This document shows, one piece after another, positions 33,257-44,626 of a stretch of 64,000 nt of DNA. This DNA comes from an uncultured virus (IMG/VR IMGVR_UViG_3300035126_001036). Taxonomy: Duplodnaviria > Heunggongvirae > Uroviricota > Caudoviricetes. Positions within the stretch are counted from its first letter, which is position 1; every line of letters starts with the position of its first letter. A program made the position numbers and the translations under genes. The notes under the pieces were generated by a model. That model did not search any database. It saw nothing but the letters and a program-made list of their open reading frames with translations, and was not told the origin of the DNA. Location of the stretch: positions 1-64,000 of IMG/VR virus record IMGVR_UViG_3300035126_001036; one strand, given 5' to 3'.

Positions 33257-34456
33257 CTATTGATTTTCTAGACGCTTCAACGCAGACGCTAAATGATGTT
33301 GGACACCATTTAGACTTACTTCCGCTCCACGTCCGTAATCGACATACTCTGCCGATGTTAATTCTTGACCCGAAAGGTCTAACCACCCTTTTTTAAGGAT
33401 GTTGATAGAGGCATTTAAGTCTCTATCGCGATGAGAGCCACAAGAAGGACAAGTCCATTCACGAACACTTAAAGGCATCTTGTCTTCTTTATGTCCACAG
33501 TTAGAACAGGTCTTGGAACTAGGGTAAAATCTATCTATTTTGGTCAAAGTTTTTCCGTACCAATTACACTTGTATTCCAACATAGAAACAAAAGTAGACC
33601 AAGAGGCATCACTAATGGATTTTGCAAGTTTGTGGTTCTTTAACATTCCAGAAACATTTAAGTCTTCAACAACAATCAAATCAAATGTCTTAACAAGTTC
33701 TGTTGAAATATTATGCAAGAAATAATTTCTTGAGTTAGTAATGTTTTCGTGTACTTTAGCAACTTTAATACGTTGTCTATTATAACGATTACTACCTTTT
33801 TGTTTACGACTTAAATGTTTCTGTGCTTTTTTAAGTTTAGATTGGTTCTTTCTAAACCATCTTGGGTTATTGATGACTTGACCATTTGATAAAGTCATTA
33901 GTTCTTTTAAACCCAAATCAATACCTACTACTTTACCAGTAGAGGGTATTGGATTGAGTTCTTGTTGGACTAAAATTGAAACAAAATACTTTCCGGTTGG
34001 AGTTTTAGAAACAGTAATGCTTCTAAAATCGGCTTCTTCAGGGATATTTCGGTCCAGAACAATTTTGACCCAACCAATTTTTTCGATCCTTATTGAACAT
34101 TTTTCTTGATCAAGTTTAAATCTAGTTTTTTCTGGAAGCCTAAATGATTGTCTATTGGTCTTTTTCTTGAATTTCGGCTTTCCAAGTTTAACCTTCCTTT
34201 TTTTGTTAAAGTATTGTTTCTTAAACTCAACAAAATCCATTCTTTTTTGTTGAAGTGTTGATGCCGATACTTCTTTAAGGAACTCAAACTCCTCTTGGTC
34301 TTTTAGTGTTTTTTCATTTACTATGGTACCATCATTATTGTTGAAGTTTTCAACTAGTTTGTTCCACACAAACCTACAGCAACCAAAAGTTTTGGCAAGC
34401 AAAATTTCTTGTTCTTTTGTAGGATAAATCCTATACTTATATGCCTTTAATTGCAT
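33257..34456 (-). CDS. tnpB: IS200/IS605-family TnpB (solo, IS1341-like)
   Basis: KAYKYRIYPT HTH, GIDLG, IVVEDL, CSNCG/CPSCG zinc ribbon, RDLNA; no adjacent tnpA. The only substantial minus-strand gene. Confidence 0.92.
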   Translation of the reverse strand: MQLKAYKYRIYPTKEQEILLAKTFGCCRFVWNKLVENFNNNDGTIVNEKTLKDQEEFEFLKEVSASTLQQKRMDFVEFKKQYFNKKRKVKLGKPKFKKKTNRQSFRLPEKTRFKLDQEKCSIRIEKIGWVKIVLDRNIPEEADFRSITVSKTPTGKYFVSILVQQELNPIPSTGKVVGIDLGLKELMTLSNGQVINNPRWFRKNQSKLKKAQKHLSRKQKGSNRYNRQRIKVAKVHENITNSRNYFLHNISTELVKTFDLIVVEDLNVSGMLKNHKLAKSISDASWSTFVSMLEYKCNWYGKTLTKIDRFYPSSKTCSNCGHKEDKMPLSVREWTCPSCGSHRDRDLNASINILKKGWLDLSGQELTSAEYVDYGRGAEVSLNGVQHHLASALKRLENQ

Positions 34457-34481
34457 CTGCTCTTGAGTTTGTTCGCAATAC

Positions 34482-34489
34482 TATTTATA
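34482..34489 (-). promoter_or_regulatory. T4-type late promoter upstream of solo tnpB
   Basis: TATTTATA on + equals TATAAATA on -, about 25 nt upstream of the tnpB ATG. Confidence 0.55.
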
Positions 34490-34761
34490 CAATTTTTATT
34501 TTATAAGGAGGAGGAATAAATCCCCCCTCCACCTGAAAGGTGCGAACAAACCAGGCATCTTTATTTAGTAAAGTTTTTATTGGAAATTTATTGATTTTAT
34601 GCATTTTTGTATTTATACCCATATTTTTCTCAAGATGTAAAAAAAATTGCCCAGGCATCCGGGGTTTTAGAGACCCCCAAGGACACCTGATTAACTGGCA
34701 CAATTGCTCATAACCACCTCCAACAATCCCCTAAACTACAATTGCCTTAAACAAAACACCC

Positions 34762-35117
34762 ATGAAAACTTTTGACACTTTTGAACAACTAGATGGAATG
34801 CTTCCGTGTAAGAAGAAGCCTATCATTGTCCATTGTATTCAGATTAATGAGCCATTTCGAGTAAATAGCCTGGAAGGCGATTATAAGCAGGAAAGGTCGG
34901 TGATTATCTAATGCGCGGAATTGACGGTGAACTGTATATTTGCGACAAGGATATTTTTGAGCGGTCTTATGACATCATCGGTCAGGTTGAAATGACTGAA
35001 GAAAAAAAGAAGAAACTTATAAAAAAGTGGGAACCTTTATTGAATGCTGAAATATCATCTAATGCAACTGTTTTACTTATTGAACCTATGGAAACACCAT
35101 TTATCGAAGAAGTCTGA
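34762..35117 (+). pseudogene. frameshifted phage protein (KKP...LEG...GDYL.RG..GE.Y.C..DIF family)
   Basis: ATG 34762 frame stops near 34911; family motif GKVGDYLMRGIDGELYIC continues in the -1 frame from about 34890. Confidence 0.55.
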
Positions 35118-35684
35118 ACTCCAATTGAAAAACTGGCACAAGGCTCATAAACACCCAATCACCCTTCTGCTACAATAACAGAGTAAACAACAAAGGAGAT
35201 TTTATTATGTATCAAATCGTTATCGCAACTCCTCTGGGAGAACTTGGAACCAAACCCTTCTCTGAGGAAGAAAAGTCTAAGGTTGAAACTGAACTTCTTA
35301 AAAGTCTTGAAAATCTTTCAATTCTACCTTATGTAAGTTTTGTACTTGAAGACGGTCAATATCTCTATATGACAAGGGATATGATTGGTCGAAGTGTCTT
35401 TTTTCTCCGAAAAGTATCGTGATTTTTGAATATTCAAATTCTTGGAATTCTCCGAGATTTTGGCTTTCACCAAATATTGGAGACGTTGTTGGGCAATTGT
35501 CTCTTTCTCATGGACTTGCTCTCGTAGAATATTCTCAAGAACTTTCTTGGACTCGTTCTATTGGTTCTTTTCTCGTCAGTGGAGACTTTAATGATGTTAG
35601 AGTCTTCGGTGAACGACTTGAAAAAGACTATTCAAAGTATTTAACTCTTACTCACACTGACTGGATTTATTACCAAAACTTACT

Positions 35685-36419
35685 ATGATTATTGAAACTC
35701 TTCTTTCTCTGTCAATTTCTCACGCTGTTCCCCAACTTCCACCTCCTGTAATTTTTCAGGCCCTGACTCCTCCTGCTTATGCAAAGAGTTTTGGTGCGAG
35801 TAGTTCATCTTCTTTCCGTTCATCTTCTTCTTTTAGTTCTGGCTCGTCTTTTCGGTCTACTTCTTCTTTCCGACCCAGTTCTAGTCCGTCATTCAGTTCT
35901 CCTAGAATTTCTACACCACCTCCTGCGCCTAGGATTTCATCACCAGCACCCGTGAGGATTTCCACACCACCTCCTGCACCCAAGATTTCCGCTCCTCCTA
36001 AAGTATCTTCTTCGGCTCCTGCGAATAATATTGTTCGCATCAATAAGCAAACGACTTCTGCACCAAAGACAGTCTCTGCACCTCCAGTAAAGAACACTAT
36101 TTCTGCACCAAAAACTACTCCTACTTCCCCGGCTCCTGTGGTGACACGAGAGACTTATGTAGAGCGTTATAATGATCCTGGAATTATGGGCAACCCTTGG
36201 TTCTGGATGTATATGTTTGACAACAACCGACAATCTGCACCTGTTCAACAACAGGTTCCGACTCAGGTGATTGTTAAAGATTCTGAAGGAGAATCTGTAA
36301 AAATCCCTGAAAACCAGATGATTGTTCGTAAATACAGTCACAATCCTCTCCGAGAGTTTGCAGTATTCTCTCTTGGTGGTGGACTTGGTGTTCTTCTTGG
36401 TCGTCGTCTTAGTCTTTGA
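35685..36419 (+). CDS. Ser/Pro-rich low-complexity membrane/exported protein
   Basis: SSSF and PPPAPRIS repeats, PWFWMYMF motif, C-terminal TM segment. Confidence 0.65.
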   Translation: MIIETLLSLSISHAVPQLPPPVIFQALTPPAYAKSFGASSSSSFRSSSSFSSGSSFRSTSSFRPSSSPSFSSPRISTPPPAPRISSPAPVRISTPPPAPKISAPPKVSSSAPANNIVRINKQTTSAPKTVSAPPVKNTISAPKTTPTSPAPVVTRETYVERYNDPGIMGNPWFWMYMFDNNRQSAPVQQQVPTQVIVKDSEGESVKIPENQMIVRKYSHNPLREFAVFSLGGGLGVLLGRRLSL

Positions 36420-36772
36420 GGTTTAAAAAATGAACAACGATGAGTCTTTTGGGCTCGGAATGATCGTAGTCCTCTTGGGTGCTATGGTCTTTGCATTTGG
36501 CGCTCTTATGGGTGCTATTGGGGGTCAATCTATTGGTGAAAAAGAAACCGCAATAATCGCCGTAAAAGGTCTTAACCGAATTAAAGAACAATTGCCACCT
36601 GGAACCAAAATTACCAATCCTTTTACAGATGAAGACCTAAAAAGTCTTGATTATGATGCCCAAAAAATCTTGAGGCTTTTTAACTGAGCCACTTAAACAA
36701 TTGTCCACTCTGCCTTGTGGTAGAGTGGCTTTTGCCTTATGATACACTCATCACCACAAAGGAGAACTATTC

Positions 36773-37321
36773 ATGATTGACCTGTCCAAGTATATTGGCA
36801 AAAAAGTTAAATGCACTTTTAATAATGAAACTGCACTTTTCGGTGTGGTAATTCCTACGGGTAATGTACAATTTCCATATAATATTTCACATTATCTTTT
36901 TACTACTACTGGTGACGGAATGAGTATGCCTCAAATCACCGAAATCACCGAAATCACCGAAGTATCTACCATGAATGGACCCGCCCAACGCCATCCTAAC
37001 ATTAACCTTAATGATTTTAAGGACCAAATGTGTATTGTCAAGTGGAGTAATGGGAAAATTCAATATGATAAAGTTTGTTGTGATGATGAAGAAGAATCTT
37101 CGTGGGCTATATGCTTAACCGAAGACATATACTCCGATGGTAGGGTGTGTGGAACCGCTTCTCTTTACATCACCGAAATCTACGGTGAGGGGGCCTACGA
37201 AATCAAAACCAAAGAAACCTTTGATGAGCCAACCGATGAGGCCGTGGAAAAGGCAAAAGATGCAATTAAAGACCTTTCCGAAGAACAAATCGCAAAACTT
37301 CTTCACTCTTTGAAAAAATGA
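36773..37321 (+). CDS. hypothetical protein, paralog of 53967-54536
   Basis: Shared LSEEQIAxLLHSLKK C-terminus; (AAATCACCG)x3 at 36933-36959. Confidence 0.75.
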   Translation: MIDLSKYIGKKVKCTFNNETALFGVVIPTGNVQFPYNISHYLFTTTGDGMSMPQITEITEITEVSTMNGPAQRHPNINLNDFKDQMCIVKWSNGKIQYDKVCCDDEEESSWAICLTEDIYSDGRVCGTASLYITEIYGEGAYEIKTKETFDEPTDEAVEKAKDAIKDLSEEQIAKLLHSLKK

Positions 37322-38199
37322 CCAAAATCCAAAAACCACTCCTGGCCGGAAAGTTTGACCAATCAAAGGCCAAGTTTCCCTATATTGCAACACCAAAGAT
37401 TGATGGAATCCGATTTCTTATGGTAGATGGTGTTGTTGTTTCTAGAACATTCAAACCAATCCGAAACAATCACATTCAAAATCTCCTTCAAACACATCTT
37501 CCTGATGGAATTGATGGAGAACTAACTTCCGGTGAAACCTTCCAATCATCAACATCCGCTGTGATGAGCATCGAAGGGACACCAGATTTTAAGGTATGGG
37601 TTTTTGATTATGTAAATCCAAAAGAAGAAGAGATTTCTCCATTTTATATTCGGACCTTGATGATTCCTGGAATAAATGTCCCTAAAGAATGTTTTGAACT
37701 TTCTATTCTTCTTGGGGTTAATATCAAAACCCAAGAAGAGCTTGATAATTATGAAAGAATCTGTCTTGAGGCAGGTTATGAAGGGGTAATGGTGAGGGAC
37801 CCAATGGGAACCTATAAATTCGGTAGGTCTACTGTAAACGACAATATTCTTCTAAAAGTAAAACAATTTTTAGACGACGAGGCCGAACTTATTGAGATTC
37901 AAGAGAAGATGAGTAACCAGAATCCAGAAGAAAAAGACGCTTTTGGACACGTTAAGCGGTCTGCTTCTTTAGAAGGAATGGTCGCAACAGGTGTTGCAGG
38001 GACCCTGATTGTCAAAAACAAAGAAGGTCAGGTTTTTGGTGTGGGTAGTGGACTCAATGACGAATTGAGAGAAGAAATTTGGAATAATAAAGAAAAATAT
38101 ATTGGAAAATTGGTTAAGTACAAATATTTTCCCCAAGGAGTAAAGGAACTGCCAAGGCATCCGGTGTTTTTGGGTTTTAGGGACCCAGAGGACACTTGA
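37318..38199 (+). CDS. lig: minimal ATP-dependent DNA ligase
   Basis: TPKIDGIR (motif I), DGEL, VFDY, EGVMVR, LLKVK, VGSG, RHPVFLGFR. Confidence 0.92.
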   Translation: MTKIQKPLLAGKFDQSKAKFPYIATPKIDGIRFLMVDGVVVSRTFKPIRNNHIQNLLQTHLPDGIDGELTSGETFQSSTSAVMSIEGTPDFKVWVFDYVNPKEEEISPFYIRTLMIPGINVPKECFELSILLGVNIKTQEELDNYERICLEAGYEGVMVRDPMGTYKFGRSTVNDNILLKVKQFLDDEAELIEIQEKMSNQNPEEKDAFGHVKRSASLEGMVATGVAGTLIVKNKEGQVFGVGSGLNDELREEIWNNKEKYIGKLVKYKYFPQGVKELPRHPVFLGFRDPEDT

Positions 38200-38246
38200 T
38201 GAACTGGAACAAGGGCGCTTCACTGGTGCCCTTTTTGCCTTATAAT
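38188..38246 (+). promoter_or_regulatory. palindromic-box promoter with terminator-like hairpin in the spacer
   Basis: GAGGACA-N10-TGGAACA, hairpin aagggcgc..gtgccctt+TTT, TATAAT 29 nt after the box. Confidence 0.7.
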
Positions 38247-38272
38247 GACCTTATACACACAGGAGACTTTTT

Positions 38273-41175
38273 ATGAAACCCTTTGATTATTACTCTAGGC
38301 CCCAAACTCTTTATCCCAATAAAAAGGATTACATCACAGTTTATGTGTATGATAAAGGTCTTTGTGTTCACGAAGGCGATTATTACACAAAGAGTATTCT
38401 AAAAGAAAAATACCCTAACGCGGTCATTCAGGAAGTTCTTAACGAAGAAGGATATAAGACACATCAAAAACAGTATGGTGAGGAAGTTCATAAACTTCGC
38501 GGAGAGTTTATCAATGACCTCTTTGAAGATTTTAATGTGAGCGATAACCCTAAAAGGTACCGGGCGTTTGAACTTGCCTGGGATAAAGGGCACGCTAGTG
38601 GTCTTGAAGAGGTGTATAATGAATTTTATGACCTTGTAGACCTCATTAAGGATTGAGGAGACTTTTTATGAAAAAACCATTTTTACTTATCGCAGGAGAT
38701 TGTTATTATCCTTATTCGGGTACTGGCGATTGGATTGCCTGTTATGAGACTTCTGAGGAGGCAAATAAACAGGTAGAAGTTATACCGCATCACACATATT
38801 ACACTAAAGGTAAAAACAAAGGAGAAATCAAATCTACTCACAACACCTATAAGGTAAGTGGTGGAGATTATGTGAGAAATTTCGATTGGTATGAAATTGT
38901 TGATTTGCGAGATTGGACAGACTAATGAAAATTGAAATCTCATATACGCCTCATCCAACCAAAGGATATTGTGCCACAATTTGCGATGGGCCGGATGGAA
39001 TTGACGAAGAAAGTTTTGTTTGTAGATCTTTAGGGGAATTATTTGAGCAGATTATAATGTGGAGAACTCTTAACGCACTTAACTATCGTGAGGCAACTGA
39101 AAATGACTGAATACCGATATAAATGGCAAGAAAAATTTGAAACTGGAGAATTCATTTCTGAATGGAATGGCTATATTCCATTTTATGCTGGCTGTTTTTA
39201 TGGCTCTGAGGTGGTTCTTGGTGGCGAGGAAAGATATAAACATTGTTATGATTTTTTCTCTGGGATTGGTGATGTAGAGTGGTGGGATAAGACCGAACTT
39301 GATAAACTCACCCAAGAAGAACAAGATGACCTTTTGAGAATTCTAAAACGAAACAAACAATTTGACGAATACAAAAATAAAATTGCTACTAGTTTGGCAC
39401 AAGCACTAAATGTTGAAGGGTATCAAATTCATAGAGTTCCTAATAAAGATCTTCGTGATTTTCTATTGTTAGTTCATTTGAAATCTAATAATCCAAATGA
39501 AACCCCTAAATGGGAGGTAATTGAAAATGACTGAAGAATGTTTTGGTAGTTGTGAAGAACATATTGGAAAAGTTCAATATGTAAATGTAAAAGACCCCAA
39601 AGCTGGATACGATTGGGGAGAGTTTTATTATTGTGAAGAAGCAATAAAATGTGATACTAATAATGGACTTGTTGTTACTGTTTTAGACGAAAATGACTAA
39701 ATCTTCTAATCTTCAACACACTAAACTCAACTAATTATTATGGGCTGTTTTTCTGCTTCTTGTTGCATCACTCGTACTGAAATCAGTGCTGGCGAACCAG
39801 TTTTCGTTGCTTTCGTAAAACCAACATATAGATCTGGAGGTATCAAAAAATTTACTACAAGTTCTATTCTAAGTCTGTCTCACTTTAATGAACGTTATTG
39901 GGACAATAATCAATCTTGCGGAGAATTTGTTTATATCTCTGTCGAGGATTATGATGATTATGGATGTGTTAATTCTCATGTAGAAGAACAGATTGACCCT
40001 TATGGAATTTGGTGGGATTTCCAATTCATTGCTCATAAGTCTGTTTGTGAGACTCTTTTGGGTAGAGAGCTAGGTGAGGGGATTCAACTTGAGAAAGATT
40101 TTTTTGAGCTGCTTCATATGTGCCATATGGCAAGAATTGAGGTTTATCACGATTTACTCGGACCCCAACATTTGATGACACGCGAATTAGAACTTCAGGA
40201 ACTTGTTCATAAAGAAACAGGAAGAATACTAGAGATTAAGAGAAACCAACTGGAGGATTTTGAAAATGACTTTTAATAGCGAAATTGAAAAAACAGAAGG
40301 AGAAATCAAAGTTCTTCAAGCAAAACTAGAACTTCTCAAAGAAATGGAGAATCACAAATCACCAGTAGAAGAGGCATATAAAAATGCTTATGGTAATTAC
40401 CCTATGGGCGAACCTTTTTGGGTTGTTTTTAAAAAGGGCTATGAGGCCCATCAATCATTGCCAGAAAGTAATGATTGGAAAACAGTAGCACTCAATTTTG
40501 GAGAATTACTTTCTAGTGTCGGACCTAACGGGTATTATAATATGACGGCTGACCAGTGGTTAGAATGGGCCAAAAATACATATACTTCTAATGAAGTAGG
40601 AGAATATGAACTAAAAGAAGAATCCCCTCCACCAGAATCAACTCCAAATAAGTACTTCCAACGGATACTTAATGCACCTATTGATGAAAGAGGTTATATA
40701 GATTTGAGAGGACCTACAAGTGAGTTTCGTCAAAAACTCTTTGAAGGAATTAAATCAGTCTTTTATAACCCAGAGTACGAGAGAACCCATTGGAGTGTAA
40801 AAGTCAATATGGCAGTCGATGAGGTTCTTACGCATTTTAAGGATATTCTTCCTGCATCACAAGACCCGATTTATGATGATATTGACAAAGGCTGGAACTT
40901 GTGTCTGGCAAGAATTAAAATGAGTATGGAGAAACCCAATGTCTGAACAAGAACAAGACGAGCATCTTAAAAAGTGCCTAAGTATCATTGGCCAATGGGC
41001 CGAAAAGAATAAACCACCAACACTCTATCAAATTATTCACGATAATTTGGGATATTCTCATGATTGCACCCAAGAAATTATTGATGCAGTTGCCGAATGG
41101 TTGCCTCCATCGCATCATACAAATCCTTATGATTGGAATAGATGTGTAAGGATAATGCATGAGAAATTAAAATAA
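38273..41175 (+). CDS. cluster of hypothetical ORFs (38273-38656, 38653-38925, 39088-39534, 39740-40276, 40266-40946, 40939-41175)
   Basis: Co-oriented, coupled ORFs; no domains recognised. Confidence 0.6.
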
Positions 41176-41220
41176 TAAATAAAAATGTCTCTAGGAACGG
41201 CAATTCTCTACGGACAGATT

Positions 41221-41242
41221 AGGTGCTTTCGGGCACCTTTTC
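41221..41242 (+). terminator. intrinsic terminator
   Basis: AGGTGCT-TTCG-GGCACCT followed by a T run. Confidence 0.75.
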
Positions 41243-41245
41243 TAT

Positions 41246-41253
41246 TATAAATA
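41246..41253 (+). promoter_or_regulatory. T4-type late promoter
   Basis: TATAAATA about 25 nt upstream of ATG 41279. Confidence 0.75.
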
Positions 41254-41278
41254 ATAATGCCGTTCATAGAGAATACAG

Positions 41279-42247
41279 ATGACTTCACAAAGTCCAAGAA
41301 TTTACACATACAAGATTACTTTTGAAGAAGTTCCTTATTACTACTATGGTGTAAAGAAGGAGGAATATTATAATCAAGAGTATTGGGGTTCTCCAAAGAC
41401 AAATAAATGGTGTTGGGAACTTTATACGCCAAAGAAGCAAATATTGGAGATATTTGATTATACTGACGAAGGATATATTGAAGCACAAAAAGTCGAAAAA
41501 AGATTGATTAAACCAGTTTACAATACAGATAAATGGTGCTTAAATGAAAATTGTGGTGGCATTATTTCTCTAAAAATTAACCGAGAAACTGGTAAAAGAG
41601 TTGGATTAAAACACAAAGAAAATAAAACTGGTGTATGTGGTAAAAGTAGAGAAAAAATAATTGAAGATGCTAAAAAAGCAGGAGCAGTTTCTGGTAGAAG
41701 AAATAGAGAATTAAATAGAGGGATTTTTTCATTAACAAAAGAAGAAAAAATTAAAATTGGTAAAGAAAATAAAAGATTAAAATTGGGGATTCACGGAAGA
41801 ACTAAAGAGCAAATGACTGAAGATGGTAAAAAGGGTGGAAACAAAAATGTTGAAACGGGACATATACAAAAACTTGGTAAAGAATGGGGAAATAAATCCA
41901 AAGAAAATAAAATTGGAGTTCACGGAAGAACAAAAAAACAACTAAGTGAGGACGGAAAAAAAGGTGGAAATAAAGCATATGAGATGGGGGTTGGAGTTCA
42001 CGCGAGAACAAAAGAACAAATGATTGAAGATGGTAAAAAAGGTGGTAGCATATCTGGAAAAATAAATTTTGAAAATAAAACTGGATGTTTTTCATTAACC
42101 CCAGAAGAACGAAGGGAAGTGGTAAAAAAAACAAACTCGCAAAGATGGATGTGCACTGAAACTAGTTATGTTTCTACTCCTGGTGGACTTTCGAGATATC
42201 AAAAAGCAAGAGGAATAGATACTTCCAAAAGAGTAAGAATAGAATGA
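41279..42247 (+). CDS. putative free-standing homing endonuclease (GIY-YIG/Seg-like) with repeated DNA-binding modules
   Basis: N-term RIYTYKITF...YYYG...YWGS...E...CLN; repeated G(I/V)H(G/A)RTKEQM.EDGKKGG units. Confidence 0.65.
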   Translation: MTSQSPRIYTYKITFEEVPYYYYGVKKEEYYNQEYWGSPKTNKWCWELYTPKKQILEIFDYTDEGYIEAQKVEKRLIKPVYNTDKWCLNENCGGIISLKINRETGKRVGLKHKENKTGVCGKSREKIIEDAKKAGAVSGRRNRELNRGIFSLTKEEKIKIGKENKRLKLGIHGRTKEQMTEDGKKGGNKNVETGHIQKLGKEWGNKSKENKIGVHGRTKKQLSEDGKKGGNKAYEMGVGVHARTKEQMIEDGKKGGSISGKINFENKTGCFSLTPEERREVVKKTNSQRWMCTETSYVSTPGGLSRYQKARGIDTSKRVRIE

Positions 42248-42844
42248 AGACACTTGAGGAACCGTCACAAGGGCACTTCACAAGTGCCTTTTTTGTTGTA
42301 TAATGACCTTATATCCCCAAAGTACTGATGATACAAACTCCAAAAGACTTCCACACATATTCTTCTAAACAAAGAGAAGAGTTCTGGGTTAAAAGTTACG
42401 AAGAACGACAAAAGATAATCAACGAATCACATCTTCCAATGATTATTGATGAGAATGGAAATATCGACAAATATAAAATCATAGGGATTATTCTAGACTT
42501 ACAAGACCAGATAGAAGATTTACAAAACACTTGCCAAAGAACCGATTCATATTATGACCGACGTTTATCTATTGGAAGGGCCAGATGGAAACCGATATAG
42601 GGCAGTTCTAGAACATACTGACCTATGGATAACTAGACCATTTGCACAATTTAACTCATCTGAATGGTGGAAAACCCAATGCCCCCGTTATCCTTATTGG
42701 GGTTGTTGGGAAGTAGAGTATACTTTAGATAAACTTAAAAGTACATTTAAAATTGTAGCAGAAACCAAAACTGAATCATCTTCAGCATCAGACTTCTTTA
42801 TTATATGGGACTAACCCTAAATAGTCGGAATTCTTAATAAGATT

Positions 42845-43747
42845 ATGGCTATAACCATAAAAGGTAAAAATTTCTACAAAGACGGAAAGAAAATTCGCCT
42901 TGCTGGTAATCACACCTGGAACACTGTTCAGACAATTGGTGGTGAAAAAATAGGAATTGATAAGATAACCGGGAACTTCACAAGACTCTGGACAGTAGAA
43001 ACAAAAGGTGCCATATTTTCACAATCTATCTGGGGAAGCAATACCCCAGGGGTCGTTAGAATTAGTAATGGTCCCTGGAAAAAAGACGGTTCATTAAATA
43101 AAACTTATTACAAAAACCTAGAGTCCACAGTAAAGAAAGCCGAAAAAAGAGATATTGTAACCGGAGTTGTCCTGTTTGAAGGTTCTATTCCTGATATTTT
43201 TCCCCTAGCCTGGGAGAATCATCCATTCAATGGTCTAGGACCAAAGGCACACGAACTTGTTCATACAAAGGGTCCTTGGAATAAGTTTCAAAGAGCCCAC
43301 GTTAAGACAGTCGTAGAAATACTAGAACCTTATGATAATGTAATTTATGAGGTTGGTAATGAGTTAATGTCCAACTCAACTGGTTGGTTTCAAAAGCAGG
43401 TTGTAAAATGGATTAACAAGTGGACGAATAAACCAGTTGGCGTTTCTTATGCTCGGGGGATTAGAGCATCTAGTGGTAGAGATGAATCGGTATGGATGAA
43501 AAATACAGGAGCAGATTGGTTTGGTCCGACTTTTACTGCCCTAAGTAAAGGACAATTCTCTAAGAGTAATAAGCCAATTATATTTGATACGGACCACTCT
43601 TGGCCTCTTCGGTCTAATGTTTCTGGTCTGCAGAGCGCCTGGAGCCGAGGGTACAACCTCTTGCTAATGGACGGGTTTAATGGTACAATGTTGAGGAATC
43701 AGCAGAGCCTCGTTCCTGATAGGAATTTTATAAACAATATTGTGTAA
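42845..43747 (+). CDS. glycoside hydrolase-like TIM barrel (clan GH-A/GH5-like), late-promoter driven
   Basis: IYEVGNE acid/base-like motif, KPIIFDTDH; CTAAATA at 42817. Confidence 0.55.
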   Translation: MAITIKGKNFYKDGKKIRLAGNHTWNTVQTIGGEKIGIDKITGNFTRLWTVETKGAIFSQSIWGSNTPGVVRISNGPWKKDGSLNKTYYKNLESTVKKAEKRDIVTGVVLFEGSIPDIFPLAWENHPFNGLGPKAHELVHTKGPWNKFQRAHVKTVVEILEPYDNVIYEVGNELMSNSTGWFQKQVVKWINKWTNKPVGVSYARGIRASSGRDESVWMKNTGADWFGPTFTALSKGQFSKSNKPIIFDTDHSWPLRSNVSGLQSAWSRGYNLLLMDGFNGTMLRNQQSLVPDRNFINNIV

Positions 43748-43849
43748 TGTATTTTCTTTATCCGATTTTTCTTTTTTGGATTTGCCTTGAATTAGTCCAA
43801 ATTTCTTGGCTATTGTTTTTTCTTATACTACCTTTTATTGTAAGTATTC

Positions 43850-44626
43850 TTGACCACATTCAACCATTTTAATGCTATGATTAATCCATTAATTAAAATT
43901 CCACTTTTTTTAGAACTAATTAAATGTTCTAATGACCCAATTTATTTTATTAACAATTATGTGAAATTTTCTTCGTTTAAAGAAGATAATGCGCCTTTTC
44001 TTCTTTATCCCGCCCAAGAAGAAATTGTCAAAAAAATTCATAAAAACAAATACAATCTTATAAAGGCCCCAAGACAATTTGGCAAATCATCCGTTCCATT
44101 ATTCTATCTTTTACATCAGGCAATTTTTAAATCTAATTGCAATATTGTGATTAGTAGTTTTAGTTATCAAAATTCAAAATATTTACTTGAACGATTCTAT
44201 AATACATATGAACAGTTACCCGATTGGATTAAACCCGGAATAGTAAAAAGAACCTCAATGTGGATAATACTTAAAAATAATTCTAGGGTAAAAATAGTAA
44301 CAAATATTTCTGCCCCTGAAACTTGGGAGAATTGGGAATACACTCACGCATTCTTAGATGAGTTTGCTTTTATGGAATATTATACTTCTGAGAATTTATT
44401 GGGCTCTTTCTTTCATCGTAATAGCTCTCCTAAAATAATCATCGCAAGTACCAAAAAAGAAGGTAGTTATTTTAATGAAATAGTTGAAGATGCGAGGAAT
44501 GGTATAAACAAATATTCATTATCAGAATATGATTGGAGAGATATTCCTAGGCTAGATATTAATTGGAAGGAAGAAACGATTAAAAATATCAGAGAAGATG
44601 CCTTTAAAAGAGAATTTGAATTATGA
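43850..44626 (+). CDS. terminase large subunit (gp17)-like ATPase domain only
   Basis: KCSNDPIYFINNYV, LYPAQ, PRQFGKS Walker A, LDEFAF Walker B, IIAST, ending at FKREFEL*; no nuclease domain. True start may be ATG 43877. Confidence 0.75.
   Translation: MTTFNHFNAMINPLIKIPLFLELIKCSNDPIYFINNYVKFSSFKEDNAPFLLYPAQEEIVKKIHKNKYNLIKAPRQFGKSSVPLFYLLHQAIFKSNCNIVISSFSYQNSKYLLERFYNTYEQLPDWIKPGIVKRTSMWIILKNNSRVKIVTNISAPETWENWEYTHAFLDEFAFMEYYTSENLLGSFFHRNSSPKIIIASTKKEGSYFNEIVEDARNGINKYSLSEYDWRDIPRLDINWKEETIKNIREDAFKREFEL

Noticed and set aside
35020..35050. KWEPLL resembling a major capsid N-terminus
   Set aside because: Too short, with no further capsid similarity.
35777..36341. Minus-strand ORFs here and most other short minus-strand track ORFs
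   Set aside because: Antisense shadows of + strand genes, without RBS or promoter support.
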